Source of the DNA: a virus
Taxonomy: Duplodnaviria; Caudoviricetes
IMG/VR virus record: IMGVR_UViG_3300034521_000398
Location: 1 to 49,479 of that record
Reading direction: 5' to 3' (one strand)
DNA: 49,479 nucleotides
The position numbers and the translations under genes are program-made. Positions 18,439-28,627 of this stretch are shown piece by piece. Below the pieces are notes generated by a model. The model did no database searches and was not told where the DNA came from. It saw only the letters and a program-made list of their open reading frames with translations. Numbering within the stretch: the stretch's first letter is position 1; the number at the start of each line of letters is the position of its first letter.

Positions 18439-19860
18439 TCAGGCGGGCACCAGGACAGGCGTTGTGTCCCAGTCCTCGACTGCTTCGCAGAGGGGCGAGC
18501 CAGAGTACGCAAGGGTCGTCGGGACTCCAGAGCTCACATGCAGGCACTCAAGACCTCCAATGCCTCCAGCGCTCGCAAAGCCACCGACGGCAGGAACCCG
18601 AAGCCCGGAAGACGCATTGTCGTTGTAATAGCCGTCGCAATAATACGTTGATTCTGTGCCGCCTGTCACTGTCGGTGTGTGACAGAGATTTTGCATCGAC
18701 AACTGTGTGATATACTCCCACGTTGACGCAACAGCAGCCGCCGGCGCCGTAGCTGCCTTGATCATGCCGGCTAGTGAGTTCATCGAATAGTTAGCTCGCA
18801 TGGACGTTAACACGTATATATCAGCCGAACCGTTGCTGTTTTTAGAGATCAGGCGCCCACGTTCGAACCGTCCGATATACCCGAAAAAGTTCTTCAGCCC
18901 AAACCAAACCGGCACGTTAGCGGTGTATACGGTTGCGTTTGCCGCATCTTTGACTGCATATTGAGACACACCGATACCATCTGCCAGCTCAACACCTACC
19001 GATGTCGGCAGGAATGGATAGAATGCATACTTATCCGGGTCAGTCCACCAGGTGCTTGCACCAAGTACACCCGGGCCGGCTCCTCCCTGGTACAGCCCGT
19101 TAGCATCCTTAACGGGGTTAACCGCTCTGTCGACTTTGCGTGTGCCCATTATGATGCGGAATAGAGCTCCGATCGTAGCCGGGAATGTGTACCAATAAGC
19201 CTCCCATCCATCGCCTTTTTTACGAGCGTAACTACCGAATGTCTCAGCGTTTAGCGACGTTGCGGCACGTCCAAGTTGCGTGTTGTATGCCGCATCCTTG
19301 GTCGCATCGTTGTTGCCACCTCTATACTTAGCTGCATTGCTGACAACAGACACGAGTTCAAGGTTCTCGCGATCGACGACAGAGACGCCTAGTGCAGAGG
19401 TTGATGCAACCGGGATGATGTAATTGTATCTACCGGGAATCGGCTTGAGTGATGCCGCTTCGTAATAGTAACTGCCTTCTGTCCACCAGGCGTAATACCA
19501 TTTTGTGCCCCATCCCCATTGATAGTCACCCATTGAGCCGTCAAGTGCTGCAGCTTCGCCGGTGGCAAATTTGTAGTGATTGGTTGGATCCAGTTTTCTC
19601 CGACCATGGTTGCGATCAACCAGGTAACATCCAAGTCCTAATAAGCTCGGCAGCCGACGAAGATAGTCGATGTTGCCTACTGCTTCGCCTATATCTGTCG
19701 AATTAGACATATTCCACCGACGGCAGGCATAGCCTTCGTTAGTGACGAACGACAAGGGTATGAAGCCAAACTTATCGCCGGCTTCGCTATACCCTAACAC
19801 CTTATCTTGAGATGATACTGAAGATAAGTCTTCAAGAAGAGAAAGTTCTTGCTTTTCCAT
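18439..19860 (-). CDS. DGR target protein, putative receptor-binding protein with C-type-lectin-fold C-terminus
   Basis: FGLKNFFG...YCDGYY...AVGG...GSPLC C-terminus containing VR; in the tail operon. Confidence 0.88.
   Translation of the reverse strand: MEKQELSLLEDLSSVSSQDKVLGYSEAGDKFGFIPLSFVTNEGYACRRWNMSNSTDIGEAVGNIDYLRRLPSLLGLGCYLVDRNHGRRKLDPTNHYKFATGEAAALDGSMGDYQWGWGTKWYYAWWTEGSYYYEAASLKPIPGRYNYIIPVASTSALGVSVVDRENLELVSVVSNAAKYRGGNNDATKDAAYNTQLGRAATSLNAETFGSYARKKGDGWEAYWYTFPATIGALFRIIMGTRKVDRAVNPVKDANGLYQGGAGPGVLGASTWWTDPDKYAFYPFLPTSVGVELADGIGVSQYAVKDAANATVYTANVPVWFGLKNFFGYIGRFERGRLISKNSNGSADIYVLTSMRANYSMNSLAGMIKAATAPAAAVASTWEYITQLSMQNLCHTPTVTGGTESTYYCDGYYNDNASSGLRVPAVGGFASAGGIGGLECLHVSSGVPTTLAYSGSPLCEAVEDWDTTPVLVPA
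18487..18614 (-). repeat. DGR variable repeat (VR)
   Basis: 18 mismatches to TR by manual alignment, all at TR adenines (T on +). Confidence 0.95.
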
Positions 19861-19883
19861 ATAAATTGAACTTAAAAAAATAA

Positions 19884-21089
19884 TTATGATACAATAGAAA
19901 AACCGATATCAGCAACCCACGTCCACACGTTATTGACCTTTTGCGAAGTAATGTGCGCCCGTGCGCTACCACTTATATACGATTTAACTCTGCTGCAGGT
20001 GACGTAATCGCTTGTTGTGCTATTCCATCCCATCATCGCAAAACCTGCACTTTTGAAAGAGGGAAGAGGCATCGGAACCCTTGTTGTAGCGACGGACCCT
20101 TTGAACTCCAGCTCTATCCCTTGATGAAGTGCCGGATCAGGTAGATTGCATATAGCATTTGTCCAACAACTTAGATCGAAGTATGTACCCCTTTTCAGGT
20201 TTAGATTATGTTCAGTCTCCGCTTCACCAAATTCTGCGAGTAGATCACGCCAAACAATTATATCCTTTGATTTGCGATAAGTACGCCCATATTCATCCCA
20301 GCTGAAATTACCCGCTGACAAGTGCCCGGCCCCTGTTAGGAAGTTCAGCAGGATGTTCGGAATAAAGGTTCCGGCTGCAAAATTCTGGTACTCATTAGTA
20401 TCCTCTCCGGACGGGGTTACTCCGTACTGAGACATCATGTAATCATTGAAGAATACCGCCTTGCCCAGTCGTGCAAATTCAGCCATCACGATTTCAAAGA
20501 ATGCTGCCTGAAAGTTATCGTACGGTCTCCAGATCGCGTTAACTCCGTTGGCAGCGTAATCATCTGCCGGATTAATACCCGTAAACGTACCCGTCTTAGC
20601 CAGGTAATAATAAAGGCTGTTATGAGCCACGTATGGAGCTGTCAGCGATGTACGTGTGTATGATTTATCTAGCGAGAATATACCAGCCGGATAGATCAGC
20701 GGCCCTGCTGAGCCGGCAGCGCCTGCACTCCCGTCTTTGACTGTCGGAATCTCTTTAGACACAACCTCTTCAGTGCCTGATAGCCATCTGAATATAATGC
20801 GAAAAATATTATTCATGTTGCTGATATTAGTTGTTATCGTATTAGCTTCGTTGAGCTGCTCTGATTTAAGCAGGTTGCCGGCAGCGTCATACACGTACAG
20901 GAATGCGTTGAAGTCTGCACACAGGCCTACGTTTTGACCGTCAGCCTTATACAGGCTTGCTGATATGCTTACGCTTTTCGGTACGCCGGCAGCCGTTAGC
21001 GCGAGCACATCTGTCGAAGCTCTGATCTCATACGTCACTGCATTCTGAGGTGCCGGGTACAAGGAATCTACAGCGTTAACCTCTCTCAT
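19884..21089 (-). CDS. Putative tail fibre/baseplate-associated protein
   Basis: Ig-like N-terminus, EIPTVKDGSAGAAGSAG collagen-like linker. Confidence 0.55.
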   Translation of the reverse strand: MREVNAVDSLYPAPQNAVTYEIRASTDVLALTAAGVPKSVSISASLYKADGQNVGLCADFNAFLYVYDAAGNLLKSEQLNEANTITTNISNMNNIFRIIFRWLSGTEEVVSKEIPTVKDGSAGAAGSAGPLIYPAGIFSLDKSYTRTSLTAPYVAHNSLYYYLAKTGTFTGINPADDYAANGVNAIWRPYDNFQAAFFEIVMAEFARLGKAVFFNDYMMSQYGVTPSGEDTNEYQNFAAGTFIPNILLNFLTGAGHLSAGNFSWDEYGRTYRKSKDIIVWRDLLAEFGEAETEHNLNLKRGTYFDLSCWTNAICNLPDPALHQGIELEFKGSVATTRVPMPLPSFKSAGFAMMGWNSTTSDYVTCSRVKSYISGSARAHITSQKVNNVWTWVADIGFSIVS

Positions 21090-22150
21090 GACTTGTTAGC
21101 TGTTATCTTAACGTTGATACCTTTGTTTACTTCTACCGTGCTGCCAGGAATGCTGAACGAAGCTCCCGAAGCATTGCCGACTGTCGTGCCGTCATGCTTA
21201 TAAGTCAGGTACGAAAAAGCCCATCCCGTCTGCACAGCCTGATCTGAACGACGTCTGACAGATGGTGTATATGTCACTGTCTGATCAGATTTGATGAGCG
21301 GCGAATCGGTATTGCGCCCCATCACGATGTAATAAGGGTCATGGGTATCTGCTAAAGCTACCGAACGACGGTAAGATTTGCCTCCATAACCCAGTACGGC
21401 CGCATATTCTTCAATTCCGTCAACGGCACTCTCGAATACCTTGAGTGTCTTGCCACCGTTGGACAGCTCAGTAACTCCCGGTACGTGCGTGACTGCCACA
21501 TAGCCGGCTGCCGTCAGACGTTCGTAGGCGTAAGACGTCGGCTCGACGGGGTTGCCCGCATCCTGGAGGTAAGAGTTAAGCACCAGGTATTCGGTATCGT
21601 TGTCAATTACCGAATCGCTCACACCGGCTTCGTTTACCACGTTCACTACAACGTCAAAGGCCGAACCGACAGATTCTTCTACCGGGATCACCACTTTGCA
21701 AGTCACCAGCTTGCCGGCAAACATCGATTTGAAATACAACACCTTGTCGTTAACACTACCTGAAGCTGCGAGATTGCCGATTATCTTCAGCGCGGTAAAC
21801 ACCTTGCCGTTAACGGTGTATGTCGTTTTTTGAAAGCGATCTGCAAAAGCCGCTTTAACGGCACCTGAGCCGTCAAGGATAGCAGCTGTGTCTGTCTCCG
21901 GATTGTTGTAATACCATTGCATACCTTCAGTGTCGGGTATCACGAAAGCTCCCAGCGAGGAGCTGTAAGATTGCGGATAGATAGTCGGCTGATTAGCCGC
22001 TATTGTCCAGTCCGGTGTGCACTTGCCGGTAGACGGGTTGAAGTATTGCTTCAGTCCTTGTCCGGCCGCTAGTGCTACACCCATGCCAGGGATGATAACA
22101 TCACCATCTTGATAGGCTTCGAGGGTCTCAATTGCTGATAAATTAGTCAT
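21086..22150 (-). CDS. Putative tail structural protein (Ig-like domains)
   Basis: Beta-rich, in the tail operon with ATGA overlap. Confidence 0.55.
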   Translation of the reverse strand: MTNLSAIETLEAYQDGDVIIPGMGVALAAGQGLKQYFNPSTGKCTPDWTIAANQPTIYPQSYSSSLGAFVIPDTEGMQWYYNNPETDTAAILDGSGAVKAAFADRFQKTTYTVNGKVFTALKIIGNLAASGSVNDKVLYFKSMFAGKLVTCKVVIPVEESVGSAFDVVVNVVNEAGVSDSVIDNDTEYLVLNSYLQDAGNPVEPTSYAYERLTAAGYVAVTHVPGVTELSNGGKTLKVFESAVDGIEEYAAVLGYGGKSYRRSVALADTHDPYYIVMGRNTDSPLIKSDQTVTYTPSVRRRSDQAVQTGWAFSYLTYKHDGTTVGNASGASFSIPGSTVEVNKGINVKITANKS

Positions 22151-22156
22151 AATTTA

Positions 22157-22345
22157 TTAGTTTAAAAGTTGTTTAACTTGATTTTCGCTCAAAGGTGTCG
22201 CACCTTCATCGACGGCTCGTTCGATGCCGTACGCATCTAAATCAGATGCAGACAGTATGTAACCACCATCTACTTGTTGTCTGTATGCCGATAACTTGAG
22301 CTCGTCTGCCAGCTCTGCCGGCACCAGGTAATAATTCTTGTTCAT
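22157..22345 (-). CDS. Small hypothetical protein
   Basis: MNKNYYLVPAELADEL...; start at 22345. Confidence 0.6.
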   Translation of the reverse strand: MNKNYYLVPAELADELKLSAYRQQVDGGYILSASDLDAYGIERAVDEGATPLSENQVKQLLN

Positions 22346-22355
22346 GCTACTGCGA

Positions 22356-23462
22356 TTATACAGGTACCTGTAACACAAGTACCTTGTTGTTAATAGATAG
22401 CGCCTTGCCGTTAAGGGTCAACGGGCGAAGCGCGGATAATTGTCTCACCTGCACACCGAACACAGCCTCTTTGGTGCTGTCGCTGCCTGCAGAGCTAGCC
22501 GGCATGATAACCTTGTCGCCATATCCGATTGAGTTAAACTCAAAGCCTGACATCTTGAAGAATAGCTCGATGTCAAAGTAGGCTGTCGGGTTGACGATTA
22601 GCCCGGCACTGGAGCTAACGGATGCCGATACCTCGATTTCGGTTGTGTCCGGACGACGGAAGCGACCCCGGGTGATCGCGATATCTTCAGCCCATTGCCC
22701 GTAGAATCTAACCGCACGGATATTCTTCGATAAAACGTTGTCCGGGTTGGCCACGTGAGACACCTCGAGACGAAGAGACTCTTTGTCGACGTAGCGCCTG
22801 TCTATTGTCAGCGCCTTAGTACCCTGTCCGTCTACATAAAATAGGTCATCTGCGTTGATCAGACGGAAGCCGGCACCATCAAGCACCATCCATTTGTACA
22901 CCGCCTGATTATCAGGAACAGTCTGATCACCGTTGCGAAAACTAGCGTTGATGACACGAGTAGTCATCGACTTGAACGGGCTGATATTCAGCACGGGAGG
23001 AGTGTCTACCTCTAGTGATAGATTGAGTTCTGTAACCGCTACCGATGATAGAGTTACCAGCTCCGTTTTGCGGATGATCTCCTGCCTGCGGGTGTCGATG
23101 TATGCCCAGCTGAAGTATAAAGATTTGGGCGCATCAGGTGCGATGTTGCTAGATACCAGGAGCTCACCATTATCAAGGATGGAATATCCGGCTGTAGCTG
23201 CCGTGATACGGTTGGCCTCGTTAATACTGCCGATATACCATCTTGAGTCGATGATGTCTGACGTGTGATCACCTGGTGCAATGATATTGTGCGGGTCGTC
23301 AATCGACAATATCGGTCTGAGCAGCAAGGGTGTGATAGTACGATCGGGGTAATAAGCCCCTGTGATCGTGTCCTTCTTTTGCGAGAGCCCGCCACCTACC
23401 TCAAGGATGTTGAAGGAATAGCTGAGCGGGTCATAAATGATTCTGGAAGATGTTGTTTTCAT
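22356..23462 (-). CDS. Putative tail structural protein (Ig-like domains)
   Basis: Beta-rich, YKW motifs, tail operon. Confidence 0.55.
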   Translation of the reverse strand: MKTTSSRIIYDPLSYSFNILEVGGGLSQKKDTITGAYYPDRTITPLLLRPILSIDDPHNIIAPGDHTSDIIDSRWYIGSINEANRITAATAGYSILDNGELLVSSNIAPDAPKSLYFSWAYIDTRRQEIIRKTELVTLSSVAVTELNLSLEVDTPPVLNISPFKSMTTRVINASFRNGDQTVPDNQAVYKWMVLDGAGFRLINADDLFYVDGQGTKALTIDRRYVDKESLRLEVSHVANPDNVLSKNIRAVRFYGQWAEDIAITRGRFRRPDTTEIEVSASVSSSAGLIVNPTAYFDIELFFKMSGFEFNSIGYGDKVIMPASSAGSDSTKEAVFGVQVRQLSALRPLTLNGKALSINNKVLVLQVPV

Positions 23463-23472
23463 ACTTAAAAAA

Positions 23473-25284
23473 TTAATTAATAGAATATTCGGCTGTCAAG
23501 GGCGCAACGCCCGGTATGATAGTTGCCTGCACGCGAAAGGATACTTTGCGTGTGTCTAGCCAGTTGGATGCCATGTCTGCATTAGTGATTGTCAAAACCG
23601 ATTCGCTTGCTTTGCGCTCGATAGCCCAAAGGTTGTCTTCAGCCGGCAATCCCGAAGACCTGGTCCACTCCCACAGTACGACATCGGATGTGATATCCAT
23701 CGTGCCGTGTCTCACAACAACGCTGAGTGTTGCTGCTACTGCAGTAACTCTCACCAACTTATCCGGGTTGAGAATCTCAATCGTATAGTTTTTATCGCCC
23801 ACCAGGCACGTCCATTCGGTGTTATTGAATCGAGGCGGCACGCCAATGGTAGACTGTGCTGCCGTACATCGCCAATAGCAGCTCTCGTGCCAAACACCTT
23901 CGCGGACGTATCGTTTCGATACGTCGTTGTAGCCGTTGATATATTGCCGGTTGCTATCCCAAAGCCCGCAGTCTATATCCTCATAAGACGGGTTGCCCTG
24001 GTAGTCTATCCGGAAGAGATCCTGAATGATCGCGCCTCGAGCGTACAGGTAAGGGTTGTTGTAATTCAATGGCAATCCGTTGAATAACTCCAACTGTTTT
24101 GGCCGGCCAAGGATAAGGGAGTAATTAGACTCTTCGAGAATAGGCTTGGTCACACCGGTCAGATACATGATAGCTCCTTCGGTTGTAGAGATATACCAAC
24201 ACGATTGACGATCTTCGTTCGTTGTGTTGCCCCTGCGAGCCACTACCATGCCGTCGGTTGGCGGGTAATTCACGCCGCCTGGCACCATGTTATCAGTGTA
24301 TTGCACAACGATCAGCTCGTTGCTGCCAAGGTCGCGGTCCTGCACGAGAAACCACACCTTGTAATAGTTGCCGTTGAATAGATCATTGACAATGCCATAG
24401 ACCACATCGCCTACGTCAAACGAGGTGAAATCAGTCTTCCACCTTCTGCGCATCTGCAGCTTGTAAGTTAGCTCTGCAACCTGAGTAACTGATTCGATTG
24501 TGCCCGAATCGGAGAATGAGGTATCGCCCTCCATTGCCGACAATCGATTTAAAATTAGCTCCATGAACACCGCCTGTCCGCGAACCTCAAGCCGTGGTGT
24601 TTGTATCTTATCAGGCGTGATCAGAGTACCACGTCCGGCGAGCATAGAATCAATAACCTCTCCAACCTCGATAGGGGATAGCGACTTTAAGCCCTTTATA
24701 AAAGTGATCAATTCAGCGGCCGAATTAGGAATATCTTTACGGAGAAACATTTCAGCAAGAGCTTCATTGTTTTCCGATAACTCCTTTAACAATCTAAGCA
24801 TAGACGGTATATTAGAGTTTGATGGAATATCTGTATCATAGTCAGTAACTATGTCTACATTTCCACCTCCTTGAACTTCTCCAAGTCCGTCAATATCGCC
24901 TACATTATGCCTATGTGACTTAGGAGCATAATCATGCACATGCCCAATCTTAGAATACGTTAAATCATGATTATGATCCTTAGCGGCAAATGGATCACTG
25001 TTTATTAAGATGTTATCAACCTCTAAAGAATTGTACTTAGCCGTATTCCCTAATGTATGCTCTCCTACTGTTAAGTCTTTAGTTACGGTTAAGTCTCCGT
25101 TTATTGTCTGTGTCGGATCGGTAGATACCGCAGCATCGGGATTACCCCATACATTCCTATACTCATTCCAATATATCTGTTCCCCCGCGATGTAAACGTA
25201 ATCACCAGGGCAACCACCGTACGGAAGGAGCTTCCATACTTCCTCAAGTGTATTATATGAACCTAGGTTATGTAGATCAGCCAT
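23473..25284 (-). CDS. Putative tail fibre/spike protein
   Basis: HNH-HVH-HRH (HxH) fibre motifs, FLRKD, LEVRG; Ig-like C-terminus. Confidence 0.6.
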   Translation of the reverse strand: MADLHNLGSYNTLEEVWKLLPYGGCPGDYVYIAGEQIYWNEYRNVWGNPDAAVSTDPTQTINGDLTVTKDLTVGEHTLGNTAKYNSLEVDNILINSDPFAAKDHNHDLTYSKIGHVHDYAPKSHRHNVGDIDGLGEVQGGGNVDIVTDYDTDIPSNSNIPSMLRLLKELSENNEALAEMFLRKDIPNSAAELITFIKGLKSLSPIEVGEVIDSMLAGRGTLITPDKIQTPRLEVRGQAVFMELILNRLSAMEGDTSFSDSGTIESVTQVAELTYKLQMRRRWKTDFTSFDVGDVVYGIVNDLFNGNYYKVWFLVQDRDLGSNELIVVQYTDNMVPGGVNYPPTDGMVVARRGNTTNEDRQSCWYISTTEGAIMYLTGVTKPILEESNYSLILGRPKQLELFNGLPLNYNNPYLYARGAIIQDLFRIDYQGNPSYEDIDCGLWDSNRQYINGYNDVSKRYVREGVWHESCYWRCTAAQSTIGVPPRFNNTEWTCLVGDKNYTIEILNPDKLVRVTAVAATLSVVVRHGTMDITSDVVLWEWTRSSGLPAEDNLWAIERKASESVLTITNADMASNWLDTRKVSFRVQATIIPGVAPLTAEYSIN

Positions 25285-25912
25285 TTATATAGCTTTTAGC
25301 GATTTGAAACAACCGGTCTGAATGAGCATCTTTGAATGTGTTCAATACCAATCCGGCAATATAATAGATTGATGGAGTATATAATTTATCCCCTATAAAT
25401 ACACTATTACTCACTATCTTTGGATAAGATACGTACCTTGCCACCTTAACAATAACTGTCGATCCCTCGACTGATGAATAGAACTCCATCCTCTTCCCTG
25501 TAGACGAGGTTGTAATGGCACAAACAGGCTTATCAATGTTTCCTCTTATTCCGGGGAACTTAGATTTTTGCAGAAAATACTTTGAATCTGTATCTTCTAT
25601 AGGTTCTAGTACAGGTCGTTTCCAATCCGACATCTGAAAGATAGCCAACCGCATAAAATCAGACGGCAATTCTGTATAAGCCATTCCTATACCTATCTGT
25701 CCGCTTTCCCACGATAATTGTGAGGCGAATGATTTATCCCCATCAACCATACTAGATGGAGCCGCCTCCGTTATCGTGCGCACTCCGTCAGGTATCTTTT
25801 GCGTGATTATAGTGTCAAGAGATAAAGCCCCGTCATCTACAATTAAATTCTGAGCATCTTCATCCATACATACTCTCACGGCAGTTATTATATCTTGTAC
25901 ACTGTAATCCAT
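25277..25912 (-). CDS. Putative head-tail connector protein
   Basis: ELPSDFMRL motif; downstream of capsid. Confidence 0.5.
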   Translation of the reverse strand: MDYSVQDIITAVRVCMDEDAQNLIVDDGALSLDTIITQKIPDGVRTITEAAPSSMVDGDKSFASQLSWESGQIGIGMAYTELPSDFMRLAIFQMSDWKRPVLEPIEDTDSKYFLQKSKFPGIRGNIDKPVCAITTSSTGKRMEFYSSVEGSTVIVKVARYVSYPKIVSNSVFIGDKLYTPSIYYIAGLVLNTFKDAHSDRLFQIAKSYING

Positions 25913-26262
25913 TACTCTATGATTAAATTAAAACCAATTTCTTTTAACGCCTCGGTGATAGAAGCTTTTGATTTCTTCACTTCAAGCCCTTTCTCTTTTG
26001 CGAATAGGGCAGCATCAGCTAGGTTGCTGAACTTCACATCTTCAAGAGTAGGAGGTACTTCTACTGTTACTTCCTCTACAACCGATTCCTCTACTGTATA
26101 ATCAATACCATAAACAGAGCGGGCTTTCAGCGCATCGATAACATTTGGATTATTTGTCTCATAGTAAGAACCTCCTCGTGTTAAGGGGATAAACTGAACA
26201 TGTAAGCACTTTCCATTAATCATTAAATGGAATGATATATTTTTTTTAGATATAAATTTCAT
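25912..26262 (-). CDS. Hypothetical structural-region protein
   Basis: TAATG overlap; follows capsid. Confidence 0.6.
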   Translation of the reverse strand: MKFISKKNISFHLMINGKCLHVQFIPLTRGGSYYETNNPNVIDALKARSVYGIDYTVEESVVEEVTVEVPPTLEDVKFSNLADAALFAKEKGLEVKKSKASITEALKEIGFNLIIE

Positions 26263-26275
26263 GGCTTTTTAAATT

Positions 26276-26310
26276 AAAAGCCCTCCCTCTTGTAAACAGG
26301 GGAGGGCTTT
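26276..26310 (-). terminator. Terminator after the major capsid gene
   Basis: AAAGCCCTCCC-loop-GGGAGGGCTTT(T). Confidence 0.8.
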
Positions 26311-26331
26311 ACAGTTAAACTTATGAGTGAA

Positions 26332-27723
26332 TTATGCTGACGCTAACTTAATACGTGCGTGAGCCTTAGGATAACGGAGATACAAACATGCAACCTCCTG
26401 CAGAACAACGGCATCAGTGTTTCTAACACCAGCTTTCTTTAATTCAAGAACCGATCTGCTCCATGAGATGAACGTTCTCTTAGTTAAGAAACTTGGGTCC
26501 ATAATCAAGCCTTGATCAGACATACCGTTCTGGTCAAATAGTTCATGGTGCATAACAAGTACTTCACCGAAATCGGTATCAAACGATTTGAATTTTAGGT
26601 TCCAAACTTCGACTGATTCTTTCAACTTGAATCTCTCTGATTTAATCTTAGAGAACACAGCCATCAAATCAGAACCGAAGAAACCAACCTTTCGTTTGTT
26701 TCCAACGCCACTACCTACAAATAGATCTTTAGCGATATCCACCAACTGATCATCGGTCATAGTTGTTGCCCCACTTGTTGCATCATATGTTCCTGCGGTA
26801 ATATCCTTTCCGGCCATCCACCAGATACCTCCTGTAAAGTAAACAGGCTGATTAGATTTTTTAGGATTAGTGATTTTACCTTTTGCTCCAAATAGGAATG
26901 AGTTTTCCTGAACCAAACGCATATCATAGATTGCATCTTCTTCCAAGTCAGAGAAGCTCCAATTTACTTCCTTAACGGCAATCTTATTGAATGTTGATTC
27001 CTCTACCTGAATCATGAAATTCTGGCAATACTGAGTCTCGGGAGTAGGAATGTTAGAGAACACAGCAGCTTGAGCATCAATTTCAGCGCATGCTTTACCC
27101 ATACGAACGAGTACGGTACCGGCAGTGATAGCAGGAAGCCACGTCGGCTCTCCATTAGTTGCTGTCAATCCGTTAACCGCTCTTACAGTAGGCAATCCGC
27201 TTGTATCCGACAAACCGACAACATGCAGAACCAAATCTTCGTCTGCATCGGTTGCACCTCCGTCTACTTTACCTTTAACACCGACTACACGAATGGTATC
27301 ATCCACATCAAACATGCTCTCATCATTAACTCCTAATTCATAGGTAGTTCCTGTTGACTGAGCAGCGGCAATAGCAGTCTTTAGGGTAGTCTTAATAGGT
27401 TTTGAACTGACTGTGTAATACTTAACTTCAAATGACTTCGATTCCATAGCTTTTCCGTACCTTGAAATCTGGTCAACAGGAGTTGACATAGGACGAATTT
27501 TTGTGATTCGTTGGTCAATCTCAGACAGATACAATCCATCTACAGCCGACCTACCTATCGCCTCGGTTAATCCTGATTGAACGGTTACACCGCCATCGGC
27601 AAGTGGTGCCGGTTCAGCATCGGGAACAATACCCTCAGCCATCAAAACATTACCTGCCGCCCCTGTAGCGAATGCCAAAACGACAAGCAATAAATTCACT
27701 AACAATAATAAACTTTTCTTCAT
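26332..27723 (-). CDS. Major capsid protein with hydrophobic N-terminal leader
   Basis: ETQYCQNFMIQVEES...QENSFLFG...FTGGI (DUF5309/SU10-like HK97 fold); preceded by scaffold, followed by a terminator. Confidence 0.8.
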   Translation of the reverse strand: MKKSLLLLVNLLLVVLAFATGAAGNVLMAEGIVPDAEPAPLADGGVTVQSGLTEAIGRSAVDGLYLSEIDQRITKIRPMSTPVDQISRYGKAMESKSFEVKYYTVSSKPIKTTLKTAIAAAQSTGTTYELGVNDESMFDVDDTIRVVGVKGKVDGGATDADEDLVLHVVGLSDTSGLPTVRAVNGLTATNGEPTWLPAITAGTVLVRMGKACAEIDAQAAVFSNIPTPETQYCQNFMIQVEESTFNKIAVKEVNWSFSDLEEDAIYDMRLVQENSFLFGAKGKITNPKKSNQPVYFTGGIWWMAGKDITAGTYDATSGATTMTDDQLVDIAKDLFVGSGVGNKRKVGFFGSDLMAVFSKIKSERFKLKESVEVWNLKFKSFDTDFGEVLVMHHELFDQNGMSDQGLIMDPSFLTKRTFISWSRSVLELKKAGVRNTDAVVLQEVACLYLRYPKAHARIKLASA

Positions 27724-27739
27724 AACACATTAATTAAAA

Positions 27740-28519
27740 TTATTTTCTCTTTATTCTTCTCTCTGCTCCTTTATTCCAAATATCATCAGCATTCGATACT
27801 CTATCTAGTGCTCCAAAATTAGGAGTTGGTGCCGGCTTACCTGAATTACCTGCAATCATAGGAGGTAGGTCTGGAGTAGTCCTTTTCAGTTTTTCTTCAA
27901 TCTTAGCGTTTCGACCTTTAATCTCTGCTTCAAGAGCGGCATCCTCTACTGCCTGATCAAAACTCAAAGCTTTAAACGCCATCTCCCAAGTCGAACGTTC
28001 AATCCTATTCACGATACCATTATCTATAATACCGGCAATAAACTCAAACGCTTGCTGAACCTGTTCATCACTAAGACCTTTCTCTTCTTGAAGTTTATCT
28101 AACTCCTCTAATGAATTGGATAAATTCTTCTCGGCTTCGGCTTGTAGCTTTTCGTTGTTAGCTTGCTTTTCGAGGTATTCTGAACGAGCCTCCGCTACCT
28201 TTTCCATATTTTCAGGATCATTCATTGCATCCATGAAATCAGGGCCAAACATTTTGACTAGTTGAACGACAGGATTCTCGCCTGCTTTCCATGCCATTAA
28301 GAAAGCTGCGGAGCGAGGATCAGAAGAAAACATCTTAGAAAGACCCTCTTCATTTTTTTGGTATTCCGACATTCTACTGTCGTAATTGTCGTAATCGTCG
28401 TAAATTTTTCCATACAAAGCGTCTTCTTCGTCAAAATTATCCTCGGGGTATTTAGCCCTAAGCTTTTCGAGAAGCAAGTCTCTTTTCGTCTTAACTACTT
28501 GATTATCAGCCTTTTCCAT
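27740..28519 (-). CDS. Putative capsid scaffolding protein
   Basis: Acidic, helical/coiled-coil, directly upstream of the capsid gene. Confidence 0.6.
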   Translation of the reverse strand: MEKADNQVVKTKRDLLLEKLRAKYPEDNFDEEDALYGKIYDDYDNYDSRMSEYQKNEEGLSKMFSSDPRSAAFLMAWKAGENPVVQLVKMFGPDFMDAMNDPENMEKVAEARSEYLEKQANNEKLQAEAEKNLSNSLEELDKLQEEKGLSDEQVQQAFEFIAGIIDNGIVNRIERSTWEMAFKALSFDQAVEDAALEAEIKGRNAKIEEKLKRTTPDLPPMIAGNSGKPAPTPNFGALDRVSNADDIWNKGAERRIKRK

Positions 28520-28561
28520 ACATTCTATTTGTTTTATACTATTTATCGTTTATGATACGAA

Positions 28562-28622
28562 CAAATGTAAAGTTCTTCTTTTGATTCATGTTTGTATGTA
28601 TTAACTCTTATATGTAAATTTG
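28562..28622. promoter_or_regulatory. Divergent promoters (leftward late-type; rightward TTTG-N20-TAAATTTG)
   Basis: CAAATGTA at 28562 with TATGTATTAA at 28595; TTTG at 28591 with TAAATTTG at 28615. Confidence 0.65.
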
Positions 28623-28627
28623 TTTGC

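Larger units (their letters stand above)
16462..19860 (-). mobile_element. Diversity-generating retroelement (target-VR, TR, RT)
   Basis: TR/VR pair differing only at TR adenines, next to an RT. Confidence 0.95.

Noticed and set aside
19884-25284. Second DGR target (additional VR)
   Set aside because: No TR-like sequence seen by eye at the ends of the other tail genes; a BLASTN of TR would settle it
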